DNA from: Halalkalibacterium halodurans
Lineage (GTDB): Bacteria; Bacillota; Bacilli; Bacillales; Bacillaceae_D
Direction: 5' to 3'
Length of the DNA stretch: 32,000 nt
Assembly (NCBI RefSeq): GCF_004376175.1
Contig: NZ_SNUY01000039.1
Span: 7,092-39,091 of the forward strand
Part shown: piece by piece, positions 8,922 through 17,799 of the stretch
How the letters are laid out: each line of letters opens with the position of its first letter
Numbering within the stretch: the first letter of the stretch is position 1
The notes under the pieces: generated by a model
The model's input: the letters and a program-made list of their open reading frames with translations, nothing else
What the model was told of the DNA's origin: nothing
Database searches by the model: none
Position numbers and translations under genes: made by a program

Positions 8922-10850
8922 ATGATTGTATTGCAATGTGTGAATATCACAAAATCGTTCGGGGCCGAAACGATTTTGTCGAACATTAAGCTTGAAGTAA
9001 AAACAGGAGATCGCGTCGCCCTTGTCGGCCGAAACGGAGCCGGGAAGTCGACGTTATTAAAAATCATCGCGGACAAGCTCTCCTATGATAGCGGTGATCT
9101 CATCATTCCTAAAGGTGTAGAAATCGGCTATTTAGAGCAGCATACAGGTTTAGAATCCGACCTCACGATATGGGACGAGATGCTGTCTGTCTTTGAACCG
9201 CTCCAGCAAATGGAACGGAGATTGCGGAAAATGGAAGAACAAATGGCAAACCCTTCTCTTTTAAACAATGCCTCGAGCTACGAAAAGCTCTTGGAGGAAT
9301 ATGACTCATTGCAAGTGGAGTTTAAAGATCGTGGCGGTTATCAATACGAGGCAGACATCCGCAATGTTCTCGCTGGTTTGCAATTTGCTGATTTTCCTTA
9401 CCATGAAACGAAAATCGCCACTCTAAGCGGTGGGCAAAAGACACGTCTTGCTCTCGGAAAGCTATTACTGACAAAGCCTGACTTGCTTATTTTAGATGAA
9501 CCGACGAACCATTTAGACATCGATACTCTATCATGGTTGGAGCAATATTTATCCGCGTATCCTGGGGCGATTTTGATCGTCTCCCACGATCGCTATTTCC
9601 TTGATAAGCTCGTGACGCAAGTCTATGAAATCTCACGAACGAAATCAACGAAATATGTCGGCAACTACAGTCACTATTTAGATGAGAAGGCACTTCGGTA
9701 TGAGCAGGAGTTAAAAGAGTTCGAAAAACAGCAAAAAGAAGTGGCAAAGCTTGAGGATTTTATTCAACGTAACATCGCCAGAGCGTCGACAACAAAACGG
9801 GCGCAAAGTCGACGAAAAGCCCTTGAACGGATGACGAAACTAGATCGACCGAACAGCGACGAAAAATCGGCTTCCTTTTTCTTTGATATCGAGCGACAAA
9901 GCGGTAATGATGTTCTCCGTGTTCGCGATCTTACGTTCAGTTATGACGGAGACCCCCTTTTTTCTAGGTTAGATCTTGACCTAAATCGCGGAGAAAGTGT
10001 CGCACTCATCGGACCTAACGGTGCAGGAAAGTCAACGCTGCTAAAGCTGTTAACTAAAAAGCTTCAAGCTGATCAGGGCACCATTGAGTACGGAAGTCAC
10101 GTAAAAATCGGCTATTATGATCAGGAACAGGCGAATTTGCACTCGAACAAACAAGTGCTATATGAGCTTTGGGATGATTACCCCCTTTTACCTGAAAGGG
10201 ACATCCGTACGGTTCTGGGAAACTTTTTGTTCAGCGGCGAAGACGTGCTAAAAGTGGTGTCTGATTTGAGTGGAGGCGAAAAGGCACGCCTAGCGCTCGC
10301 CAAACTTATGATGGAGAAAGCGAACTTGCTTATTATGGACGAGCCGACCAACCACTTAGATCTCGATAGTAAAGAAGTGTTGGAAAACGCGTTGATCGAT
10401 TATCCAGGAACGCTCTTGTTCGTTTCCCATGATCGTTATTTTCTAAACCGAATGGCGACACGAATTATCGAACTAGATGGAGGACAACCATCTGTCTTTT
10501 TAGGAGATTATGATTACTATTTAGAGAAAAAGCAAGAAATCAAAGAGCGGGAACGACTCGATGAATCACCTTCACATGCCGCAGCTGCCTCATCAAAGAA
10601 AGGGAGCTTTGAACAGGACAAGGAACAAAAGAAACGAGAGCGCCAGCGTCAACGGCGAATCGAACAAATTGAAGCCTCCATTGAGGAACTAGAGAAGCAA
10701 CTGTCTACACATGAAGAAGCCCTCTGTAATCCGGAAGTGTTTACAGATCATGAGAAAGCTCTCTCACATCAACAGACCATCGATGAAGCGAAAAAAGCCG
10801 TCGATGCCCTCATGGAAGAATGGGAGCTTCTCCATGCAGAAGAAGGATAA
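8922..10850 (+). CDS. ABC-F family ATPase (two ABC cassettes, no TMD), YdiF-like
   Basis: Two Walker A motifs (GRNGAGKST, GPNGAGKST), two LSGGQ-type signatures (LSGGQK, LSGGEK), an inter-domain linker and a charged coiled-coil C-terminus. ATG 8922 preferred over 8913 on RBS spacing. Confidence 0.93.
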   Translation: MIVLQCVNITKSFGAETILSNIKLEVKTGDRVALVGRNGAGKSTLLKIIADKLSYDSGDLIIPKGVEIGYLEQHTGLESDLTIWDEMLSVFEPLQQMERRLRKMEEQMANPSLLNNASSYEKLLEEYDSLQVEFKDRGGYQYEADIRNVLAGLQFADFPYHETKIATLSGGQKTRLALGKLLLTKPDLLILDEPTNHLDIDTLSWLEQYLSAYPGAILIVSHDRYFLDKLVTQVYEISRTKSTKYVGNYSHYLDEKALRYEQELKEFEKQQKEVAKLEDFIQRNIARASTTKRAQSRRKALERMTKLDRPNSDEKSASFFFDIERQSGNDVLRVRDLTFSYDGDPLFSRLDLDLNRGESVALIGPNGAGKSTLLKLLTKKLQADQGTIEYGSHVKIGYYDQEQANLHSNKQVLYELWDDYPLLPERDIRTVLGNFLFSGEDVLKVVSDLSGGEKARLALAKLMMEKANLLIMDEPTNHLDLDSKEVLENALIDYPGTLLFVSHDRYFLNRMATRIIELDGGQPSVFLGDYDYYLEKKQEIKERERLDESPSHAAAASSKKGSFEQDKEQKKRERQRQRRIEQIEASIEELEKQLSTHEEALCNPEVFTDHEKALSHQQTIDEAKKAVDALMEEWELLHAEEG

Positions 10851-10855
10851 TAAAG

Positions 10856-10894
10856 CTCCCCCAGAAGACAACACGTTTTCAAGGGGGAGTTTTG
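10856..10894 (+). terminator. candidate terminator of the ABC-F gene
   Basis: CTCCCCC-(20 nt loop)-GGGGAG followed by TTTTGTT. The loop is long, and the element overlaps the 3' end of the convergent gene. Confidence 0.45.
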
Positions 10895-13051
10895 TTACAT
10901 CTCTTTTCCTTCGCTCATCATTTTCCCATTTTGCATTTGGGCAAGCAGCCAATAATAGTTCGTGGACACGATGAAAAACATGGAGGTTGCAGCCGCTACT
11001 ACCCCTGAATCGTTTAACAACAATAGGGCTACTGAAGCAACAATGCCCCCTTTTAAGAACAACGATTGACCAGCGTCATATTTTTTGGCACTTTGCGTCC
11101 AGATCAGAACACCGAGAAGAAGGTAGCTCGTCACAAAAAGCTGTGTCCAGTTTGAATAGCGAAAAATCGTCATGTTCATGGCTACCTTTCGTTTCATTGT
11201 TTGAAGGACGTACTGGATATCTCCAGAAAGCAGCCGCTCATACGCGTCACCTATATGTGTAGACGGGCTATTCATTTGTAAAACAAACAGTAACAAAAGG
11301 GTGATGAGAAGTGCGCCCCCACTCACAATGACTAAATTCCACTTTGACAGCTGTTTTCCAATGAGCGTATAACCGACAAAGGCACACGCAATCCCCGCCG
11401 ACAGCGTAGCTCCAGCATTCGCTCCAAACTGACTCATTCCGAGCATCATGAGTGTAAATCCGCTCACCACAAACACAATCACTAGCCGTTTCCACAGCTC
11501 TGTTTGCCAAACAGCTCCTGTGATGAGAAGAACAGCTGCAGCTATGTACAATCCGGCAAATTCATTGCCAATCCCATAATAACGGGCCCCTATGATCGGA
11601 TCATAGCCAAGATACGAAGTGGCAATGAACGGGCCACCGTTCATTAAATCTATGCTGATCGCAGCAAATAAAAGAAATCCTAAAAGCCAGATCGGTTGTG
11701 CGCTTAGTTGTGTCGCCGTCCACCCCAAAATAAGGGAACATCCAATAACCGTGAGCACGAAGAGATATGGGCCAACTTCGTGCACGAATGGCGTCAATAC
11801 TAATAGCCAAAGTGGCGTACTAACGGCCGAAGCAAGAATCATTTTCATCCCTAATCGCCAGCGTGGGTTCCCTTTTTTTACCCAACTTCCGATGCTCGCC
11901 ACAAGAAGCATGACGACAAGCATTGTAATATAGCTAGATAAGACCGCCCCACGTGTACGAAAAATCGTAAATCGCTTATTCACTTCAGAGACAATTGCCT
12001 CTTTATCGTTTTCTACACTATCTACTTGAAACAGAAGGGGCCTCCCTGTCATTTGTGGGTCCGGACTAATATGAAAGTACGATAGGATCGTTGGCGCCAC
12101 GTCAACATTGGCAAGTACATCAGACCTGCGAGTAGAAGCAGAATACGGACTACCTTTAAAGCCGCTGCCCCAAAAATAAGTGGGGGCTAAACGCTTCTTT
12201 TGCTTATACGCCTCATCGTGCATGATCGGGGCAAGAAGCCATACATCAGAGGCAGAGCCTGTCGTCACGTTGTGAATAAATGTCTCTAGACGATAGAGCT
12301 CCTTAGCCCGCTTCTCTGCAAAAATAGCTGATGGCATGTTCTTTTTCTGATCAAATAATCGGTACAGATCCCCCCACTCAATTACAGTGAATGCTTTCGA
12401 ATCGGTTTGGTCACGCAGCTTTGAGAGCAGTGCCTCTTCGTTCATCGCCATTCCGTGCGGTGCACTCATTAGGGCTCGTACCGTTCCTTGTAGATCACCG
12501 GTAGCCCTTCCTTGACCATCCATGACAAACAAAGATCCGTAACGATGTGGTTCTGTTGCCGTATCGCTATGTCCAAAAACGTTCATTGTCACATCGTGTT
12601 GCTTTAGTAACGTTCCGAGTCGACCAACGAGATGGCCTTGAGCATTTTTTTTAACCAATTGAGGGAGGTAAGGATGAGAAAGCTGGCTTTCTTGCTTTTG
12701 ACTAAGCCACTGTTGCATGATGGCTTCCACCGGTTGTCCTAATACGAGCTCCCCTCGTTCAAACGCATTCCAATCACTTACCCCTTCTCCTCTCGCTCCA
12801 AGACTCAATGTCACTGTACTATTTAGGTAAGAGTACGGACCATCGGATCGAATATTCATCGCCGCCAAGTGTCCCGTTTCCCACATATCTGAATGCTGCC
12901 CATGTTCTAACAACCACTCTACTTCATCAAAAGAAAGGGATGGAACGAGAAGAAGAATCAGATTGCTTGTTTCATGTTCAAAGGCTTCAGCTAGCGACGA
13001 ACACCCTAAAATTAACATTGATGCTAATAAACACGAATAAAACCATTTCAT
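10895..13051 (-). CDS. hypothetical membrane protein: signal/lipobox, about 360-aa extracytoplasmic domain, then about 10-11 TMS
   Basis: 718-aa ORF. N-terminus MKWFYSCLLASMLILGCSS (lipobox-like ILGC). The ectodomain ends in VLANVDVAPTILSYFHI, which resembles the C-terminal signature of alkaline-phosphatase-superfamily enzymes. The C-terminal half is polytopic. Confidence 0.8.
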   Translation of the reverse strand: MKWFYSCLLASMLILGCSSLAEAFEHETSNLILLLVPSLSFDEVEWLLEHGQHSDMWETGHLAAMNIRSDGPYSYLNSTVTLSLGARGEGVSDWNAFERGELVLGQPVEAIMQQWLSQKQESQLSHPYLPQLVKKNAQGHLVGRLGTLLKQHDVTMNVFGHSDTATEPHRYGSLFVMDGQGRATGDLQGTVRALMSAPHGMAMNEEALLSKLRDQTDSKAFTVIEWGDLYRLFDQKKNMPSAIFAEKRAKELYRLETFIHNVTTGSASDVWLLAPIMHDEAYKQKKRLAPTYFWGSGFKGSPYSASTRRSDVLANVDVAPTILSYFHISPDPQMTGRPLLFQVDSVENDKEAIVSEVNKRFTIFRTRGAVLSSYITMLVVMLLVASIGSWVKKGNPRWRLGMKMILASAVSTPLWLLVLTPFVHEVGPYLFVLTVIGCSLILGWTATQLSAQPIWLLGFLLFAAISIDLMNGGPFIATSYLGYDPIIGARYYGIGNEFAGLYIAAAVLLITGAVWQTELWKRLVIVFVVSGFTLMMLGMSQFGANAGATLSAGIACAFVGYTLIGKQLSKWNLVIVSGGALLITLLLLFVLQMNSPSTHIGDAYERLLSGDIQYVLQTMKRKVAMNMTIFRYSNWTQLFVTSYLLLGVLIWTQSAKKYDAGQSLFLKGGIVASVALLLLNDSGVVAAATSMFFIVSTNYYWLLAQMQNGKMMSEGKEM

Positions 13052-13082
13052 GATAAATGCCCCACTTTAGCGATTTTTCTAC

Positions 13083-13266
13083 ATATCCACATTTTTCACA
13101 GGATTACTCACAGATAAAATTAAGTTTTTACAAGGAAAATAGGTGTTATCCCCAAAACACCCCATTTATACACAGCATTTTTGTGCACAACTTAAAGTCC
13201 ATTCCGTTCCCTATTTTTATTAGTTTTCCACTTCATCCACATGTTTGTGGATAAATATTATCCGGA
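13083..13266. promoter_or_regulatory. DnaA-box cluster
   Basis: One perfect TTATCCACA (minus strand, 13247-13255). Four one-mismatch boxes: 13083-13091 ATATCCACA, 13146-13154 TTATCCCCA, 13166-13174 TTATACACA, 13233-13241 TCATCCACA. At least five two-mismatch boxes in the same 184 bp. Confidence 0.75.
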
Positions 13267-13331
13267 CGATAGTCGGGACTTTTTTTCCTTAAATCCTCTA
13301 AAGAAAGAAAACTTACCGATGTCATAACAAT

Positions 13332-13370
13332 TAAAAACCCCTTTCTAGTTTTTACTCCTAGAAAGGGGTT
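13332..13370 (-). terminator. rho-independent terminator after tsaD
   Basis: Perfect 13-bp stem AACCCCTTTCTAG / CTAGAAAGGGGTT, followed by TTTTT on the minus strand. Confidence 0.9.
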
Positions 13371-13379
13371 ATACATCGG

Positions 13380-14396
13380 TTAATCGTTCTCTAGCTCTAA
13401 ACTTGGCTGGCCGTTTAAATCCATACCAGCAAACGTCTGTTGCTTGAATTTTATACTTGCTGCTGCACCAATCATGGCGGCGTTGTCTGTACAAAGTGAA
13501 AGAGGAGGAATCACTAAATCGATTGGCTCTTTAAAAAATGCTTCCTCTAGAGCAGTACGTAATCCTTTGTTGGCAGCAACTCCACCCGCAAGGAGCACCT
13601 GTCTGACCTTATACTCTTCTGCTGCTTTTTTCGTTTTTGTCACTAGTACATCAATCACACTGGCTTGAAAGCTGGCCGCTACATCCTCTGCCTGAACGTT
13701 TTCTCCTCGCTGCTTTGCATTGTGGAGCGTATTAATCACGGCTGACTTTAAGCCACTGAAGCTAAAGTCGAACGAGTCAGGCTCCAGCCACGCCCGAGGA
13801 AATTGGAGCGTATCCTCCCCGTTTACCGCTAGTCGGTCGATATGCGGGCCACCTGGATACGGAAGACCTAATGTTCGGGCCACTTTATCATACGCTTCCC
13901 CTACTGCATCGTCACGAGTTTCACCAATCACTTCAAACTCCCCGTGATTCTCCATATAGATCAATTCGGTATGGCCGCCGGAAACGACAAGGGCTAGTAG
14001 AGGGAACTCTAGCTCCTTTAGCAGGCGATTAGCATAAATATGCCCAGCAATGTGATGGACTCCGATAAGAGGGAGTTGATGGGCAAAGGCGATCGCTTTG
14101 GCCGCATTGACACCAATGAGCAAAGCTCCAACAAGTCCAGGCCCTTCGGTAACAGCAACCGCTGCTAGGTCAGCAAAGTCCACTCCCGCCTCATGCATCG
14201 CCTCCTCCACAATGACTGTAATTTGTTCCACATGATGGCGGGAGGCGATCTCAGGGACAACACCGCCAAACCTTTTATGGCTATCAATTTGCGACGAAAC
14301 AACATTACTTAAAATGGTGGTTCCATTTTCAATCACAGCTGCCGATGTTTCATCACAACTCGTTTCAATCGCTAAAATTAATTCTCGTTCATTCAT
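13380..14396 (-). CDS. tsaD: tRNA N6-adenosine threonylcarbamoyltransferase TsaD (Gcp/Kae1 family)
   Basis: [12 protein letters not shown]-terminus and the HHIAGH metal-binding motif. ATG 14396 forms an ATGA overlap with the rimI stop. Confidence 0.96.
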   Translation of the reverse strand: MNERELILAIETSCDETSAAVIENGTTILSNVVSSQIDSHKRFGGVVPEIASRHHVEQITVIVEEAMHEAGVDFADLAAVAVTEGPGLVGALLIGVNAAKAIAFAHQLPLIGVHHIAGHIYANRLLKELEFPLLALVVSGGHTELIYMENHGEFEVIGETRDDAVGEAYDKVARTLGLPYPGGPHIDRLAVNGEDTLQFPRAWLEPDSFDFSFSGLKSAVINTLHNAKQRGENVQAEDVAASFQASVIDVLVTKTKKAAEEYKVRQVLLAGGVAANKGLRTALEEAFFKEPIDLVIPPLSLCTDNAAMIGAAASIKFKQQTFAGMDLNGQPSLELEND

Positions 14397-14857
14397 GACA
14401 ACATCACCCACATGACTAGTGCGTCCTCTTGATTATCGGTATAGTAGTTTTTCCGAATGCCCCCGGCTTGAAACCCAAATTTACGGTAAAGTCGTTGAGC
14501 AATTTCGTTTGAGATTCGCACTTCTAATGATAATTTTTTCGCTCCCAATAATCGGGCAAATTCCAGGATGTATCGAAGCAAAGCCTCACCGCGCTTTTCC
14601 CCACGATAGTCGGGATGGATCGCAATATTAGTAATATGAGATTCATCATAAACGACCCAAACACCACAATACCCGACAATTTGCTCCCCTACTTCATATA
14701 CGACATAGCGGGCAAATTGATTATTTGTAACTTCATTTATGAACGCTTCTCGACTCCACGGAACGGTAAATGTTTGCTCTTCTACACGAACCACCGCATC
14801 CACATCATCAACAGTCATAAAGCGGATGCGCTCTTTCTTCTCAGCCATTGTTTTCAT
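14393..14857 (-). CDS. rimI: ribosomal-protein-alanine N-acetyltransferase RimI (GNAT)
   Basis: GNAT acetyl-CoA motif [10 protein letters not shown]. Lies between tsaB and tsaD as in B. subtilis. Start MKTMAEKK (14857) or 14848; the longer ORF to 14926 would run deep into tsaB. Confidence 0.88.
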   Translation of the reverse strand: MKTMAEKKERIRFMTVDDVDAVVRVEEQTFTVPWSREAFINEVTNNQFARYVVYEVGEQIVGYCGVWVVYDESHITNIAIHPDYRGEKRGEALLRYILEFARLLGAKKLSLEVRISNEIAQRLYRKFGFQAGGIRKNYYTDNQEDALVMWVMLS

Positions 14858-15551
14858 CCTGCCGTTTCGCTTCACGCCATTTTGCTTCTGCTTCTGCCAA
14901 TTGCAAATAGCTTGGTGCAAATGCATGAAGGTTTTCTATCGGTGAACGCTGTTGTCCTAAACGGCCAAGCTCCGCAGGACGAGGTAACGAGTGCGTGAAC
15001 GCGGCCCTTTTCACTTTTTCACCAAGCACAGCCGCAAATGTATCGTAATGCATGCTCACATCCTGACCGATCAGGAGCACATCTTCGCCTGCTTTAGCTA
15101 ACATTCTCGCTAGATCTCCTGCCAAAATCAGTCGGTCTGCTTCAACCACGTCTACTTCTTTCCCATTCCATCGATACGTCCCACTGTAAATTTGCCCCCG
15201 TCTCGCATCAATTAACGGGACAATTAATTCTTTCGCATAGTAGCCGTGCTGTGCCATCACCTCAAGACTCGACACCCCCACTAGCGAGATACCTAACGAC
15301 CAAGCCAACGTTTTGGCTGTTGTCACTCCAATACGAACCCCTGTATAAGAACCCGGCCCTTGGGCGACAACGATCCGCTCAAGCTCATTAGGAGCTACGC
15401 CCACTTCCTTCATTAATGACTCGATTGCAGGCATGAGTCGCAGTGAATGATTTTTTTTAAGGTTTGTCGTCACTTCTCCTACTAACTGGTTACCGTCCAA
15501 AATGGCAACTCCCATTACATAGGTGGACGTATCAATCGCTAACGTCTTCAT
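14841..15551 (-). CDS. tsaB: tRNA threonylcarbamoyladenosine biosynthesis protein TsaB
   Basis: MKTLAIDTST N-terminus, GPGSYTGVRIG motif, operon context. Confidence 0.93.
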   Translation of the reverse strand: MKTLAIDTSTYVMGVAILDGNQLVGEVTTNLKKNHSLRLMPAIESLMKEVGVAPNELERIVVAQGPGSYTGVRIGVTTAKTLAWSLGISLVGVSSLEVMAQHGYYAKELIVPLIDARRGQIYSGTYRWNGKEVDVVEADRLILAGDLARMLAKAGEDVLLIGQDVSMHYDTFAAVLGEKVKRAAFTHSLPRPAELGRLGQQRSPIENLHAFAPSYLQLAEAEAKWREAKRQDENNG

Positions 15552-16005
15552 GATCCAATAACTCCTTTAATACCTCTTCCCAGCGCTCTCCGTAGGCTGT
15601 AAATGAAAGCTGGCGTTCGTTTTCCCCTGCATGAGTAATCGTAATCGCTAAGCGAACAGGAGGCAGCCGCCCTTCAATCAAGCTGGCCCATTCCACGACC
15701 GTCACTCCATCCCCGTGGAAATATTCATCAAATCCAAGGTCCTCTTCCTCTTCATTTAATCGATAAACATCCATATGATAGAGGGGTAATCGTCCTTTGT
15801 ATTCACGAATAATTGTAAACGTCGGGCTCTTGACGACACGTTTTATGCCTAAGCCAAGAGCAAGTCCTTTTGTAAAGCTTGTTTTCCCTGCACCCAAATC
15901 TCCTTCTAGTGTAATCACATCTCCGGCAAGAAGCTTGTCTGCTAGCTTTTGCGCAAATGCCATTGTAGCCTCAGGCGACTGGGTTATCATCATCAACCGT
16001 TTCAT
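15532..16005 (-). CDS. tsaE: tRNA t6A biosynthesis ATPase TsaE
   Basis: P-loop GDLGAGKTSFTKG and SPTFTI motif. 20-nt overlap with tsaB. Confidence 0.93.
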   Translation of the reverse strand: MKRLMMITQSPEATMAFAQKLADKLLAGDVITLEGDLGAGKTSFTKGLALGLGIKRVVKSPTFTIIREYKGRLPLYHMDVYRLNEEEEDLGFDEYFHGDGVTVVEWASLIEGRLPPVRLAITITHAGENERQLSFTAYGERWEEVLKELLDHEDVSD

Positions 16006-16016
16006 TCCATCACCTT

Positions 16017-17003
16017 TTATTTTGCGAAATGATTATATCCACTTTTTTTCAATACGCTACGGGCCGTCCCTTCCTCCAACTCAACAACAGGACTCCCCGC
16101 CTCTACATAGCCGATCTCAGTCAAGGAAATCCCTCGCTGTATAGCTAGCTGTTGCAAAGAAGCAAAAGCGTCGACCGCTGCCGTACCAATCAATTGAAAA
16201 TCTTCGCCACCAAACAGCGCCCATTCAAGCTGTTGTTCCTTTGAAAAGGTCTCCATAGCAGGGTGGAGGGGAATGGTGTTAGCTTTGAGCACAAGCTTCA
16301 CTTTACTTGCCTGTGCTAATTCATTGGCCTCGCTTGCCACCCCGTCGCTCACATCGTTGAGGGCGATCCGATAGCCCGAACGAGCAAATAGGTGCCCTGC
16401 TTCCACCTGCGGCTGTGGCTGTTGATGGGCTAGAACGAGTAGCTCCTCTTCTTCTGTAAAGGGACCGTGAAGGCCTTTTTTATTTAAAAGCTCTAACCCT
16501 GCGGCAGATTGACCGACCGTACCTGTCAGGAAGACTACATCCCCTGGCCGAGCACGTTGCCGAAGCAAGCGAGTTCCTTTCGGGACATGCCCTACCGCTG
16601 TTACCGTCACGACAAGCTTTTCATTCGTCGAGACCGTATCTCCACCAATTAAATCCATTCGGTAGGGCGCTGCGCACTCAGCCATCCCTCTATAAAGAGT
16701 TTTAATCTCCCGATCAGACCATTGGGGAGGGACCGCAATGGACACGAGATAAAACTTTGGCGTAGCCCCCATCGCCGCTAAGTCGCTTATGTTGATCGCT
16801 AACGATTTGTATCCAATTTGAAAAGGCGTTAACGTGTCACGCCTGAAATGAATCTCTTCCACCATCGTGTCCACACAGAGCACTTCCTCCATTTCAGGTG
16901 CTCCTTCATAAATCGCAGCATCATCACCAATTCCAACATGCAATGAAGGTTGATGAACGTTTGCCGGAGAGATTGAACGAATAAGTGAAAACTCATCGCG
17001 CAT
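16017..17003 (-). CDS. thiL: thiamine-monophosphate kinase ThiL
   Basis: AIR-synthase-like fold motifs GDDAA and GGD. ATG 17003 follows AAGGAGGTGAT; the GTG used by the ORF track lies inside that RBS. Confidence 0.93.
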   Translation of the reverse strand: MRDEFSLIRSISPANVHQPSLHVGIGDDAAIYEGAPEMEEVLCVDTMVEEIHFRRDTLTPFQIGYKSLAINISDLAAMGATPKFYLVSIAVPPQWSDREIKTLYRGMAECAAPYRMDLIGGDTVSTNEKLVVTVTAVGHVPKGTRLLRQRARPGDVVFLTGTVGQSAAGLELLNKKGLHGPFTEEEELLVLAHQQPQPQVEAGHLFARSGYRIALNDVSDGVASEANELAQASKVKLVLKANTIPLHPAMETFSKEQQLEWALFGGEDFQLIGTAAVDAFASLQQLAIQRGISLTEIGYVEAGSPVVELEEGTARSVLKKSGYNHFAK

Positions 17004-17053
17004 GGGGATCACCTCCTTATGAAGCCCTTATCCGATCTGTTTCATCCTCTATT

Positions 17054-17082
17054 AGTGTAGCCGATTTTCTCTCCGTTCCCAA
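17054..17082 (-). promoter_or_regulatory. candidate sigma-A promoter of the thiL-tsaEB-rimI-tsaD operon
   Basis: Minus strand TTGGGA-17 nt-TACACT, about 50 nt upstream of thiL. Confidence 0.35.
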
Positions 17083-17123
17083 GCATAAAAGCAAAAATCT
17101 GTCCCCAGCACAAAAGAAGACAG

Positions 17124-17155
17124 TAAAAAATCCCCATTCTTCCACGAATGAGGAT
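17124..17155 (-). terminator. rho-independent terminator after the initiator tRNA
   Basis: Minus strand ATCCTCATTC-GTGGAA-GAATGGGGAT followed by TTTTTT. Confidence 0.8.
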
Positions 17156-17163
17156 ATTTGGTA

Positions 17164-17237
<74 letters not shown>

Positions 17238-17355
17238 TCGTTATAAAGTAAATGGATGTTGTTGTTCCTAAGGTCGCTTTCTCGGCAGATGCTTCGCTCG
17301 TTGCTCCACCCTGCGTCCTAATGATGTTGTTTCTATAATGGATGCAGTTAAAGCT

Positions 17356-17471
17356 GCTTGGCAACGTCCTACTCTCGCAGGGGCAAGGCCCCAACTACCA
17401 TCGGCGCTGAAGAGCTTAACGACCGTGTTCGGCATGGGAACGGGTGTGGCCTCTTCGCTATCGCCACCAAA
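17356..17471 (-). rRNA. rrf: orphan 5S rRNA gene (no adjacent 23S/16S)
   Basis: 116 nt, differing at 3 positions from the operon 5S at 27753-27868. Begins TTTGGTGGCGATAGC and ends GCCAAGC. Confidence 0.93.
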
Positions 17472-17494
17472 CAGTTTTTTTGACTGCAAAATAA

Positions 17495-17523
17495 ATAATA
17501 CCACACTGTTACATTCAATGCAA
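17495..17523 (-). promoter_or_regulatory. sigma-A promoter with extended -10 driving the orphan 5S and tRNA-fMet
   Basis: Minus strand TTGCAT-17 nt-(TGG)TATTAT. The -10 ends 23 nt before the mature 5S 5' end. Confidence 0.7.
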
Positions 17524-17555
17524 GGTCTTTCTCAATATTTTTTTCAATTAATCTA

Positions 17556-17584
17556 TTGCACAATTTAAAGTTCGGTAGTATGAT
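17556..17584 (+). promoter_or_regulatory. sigma-A promoter for the 52-aa ORF
   Basis: TTGCAC-17 nt-TATGAT, divergent from the 5S promoter. Confidence 0.55.
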
Positions 17585-17637
17585 TAAAAACATTCCAATA
17601 CTTTCATTGCTTTTTAGTTTAAAAAGGAGGGAATGTC

Positions 17638-17796
17638 ATGGCTAAGATCTTCTGGCAAGGAGCTCGCATCATGATATTAACGCCGGTTGGGCTCGTCTTA
17701 ACCGCCTTATTTTTACCCGTACTCCTATTTACCGATCAAATTCTGTTACTACAAGATTTCTTTGAATTTATCTTTCATACTCACAATAAGTCCTGA
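17638..17796 (+). CDS. 52-aa small membrane protein (below the ORF-track cutoff)
   Basis: Translated by hand: MAKIFWQGARIMILTPVGLVLTALFLPVLLFTDQILLLQDFFEFIFHTHNKS. AAAGGAGGG RBS 8 nt upstream, own promoter, terminator immediately downstream, one clear TMS. Confidence 0.6.
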   Translation: MAKIFWQGARIMILTPVGLVLTALFLPVLLFTDQILLLQDFFEFIFHTHNKS

Positions 17797-17799
17797 CGA

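Noticed and set aside
8813-9076. 87-aa minus-strand ORF overlapping the start of the ABC-F gene.
   Set aside because: It is antisense to the conserved Walker A region of a well-supported gene and has no RBS. It is a shadow ORF.
17004-17120. TPP riboswitch upstream of thiL.
   Set aside because: No CTGAGA or ACCTGATCTGGATAATGCCAGCG-like core is present. The region fits a simple promoter plus a strong RBS.
17159-17163. TACCA following the tRNA-fMet discriminator base; considered as a displaced encoded CCA end.
   Set aside because: The CCA is offset by two nucleotides from position 73, so it cannot serve as the mature 3' end. The gene is most simply CCA-less and matured by RNase Z plus the CCA-adding enzyme, which is common in Bacillus.
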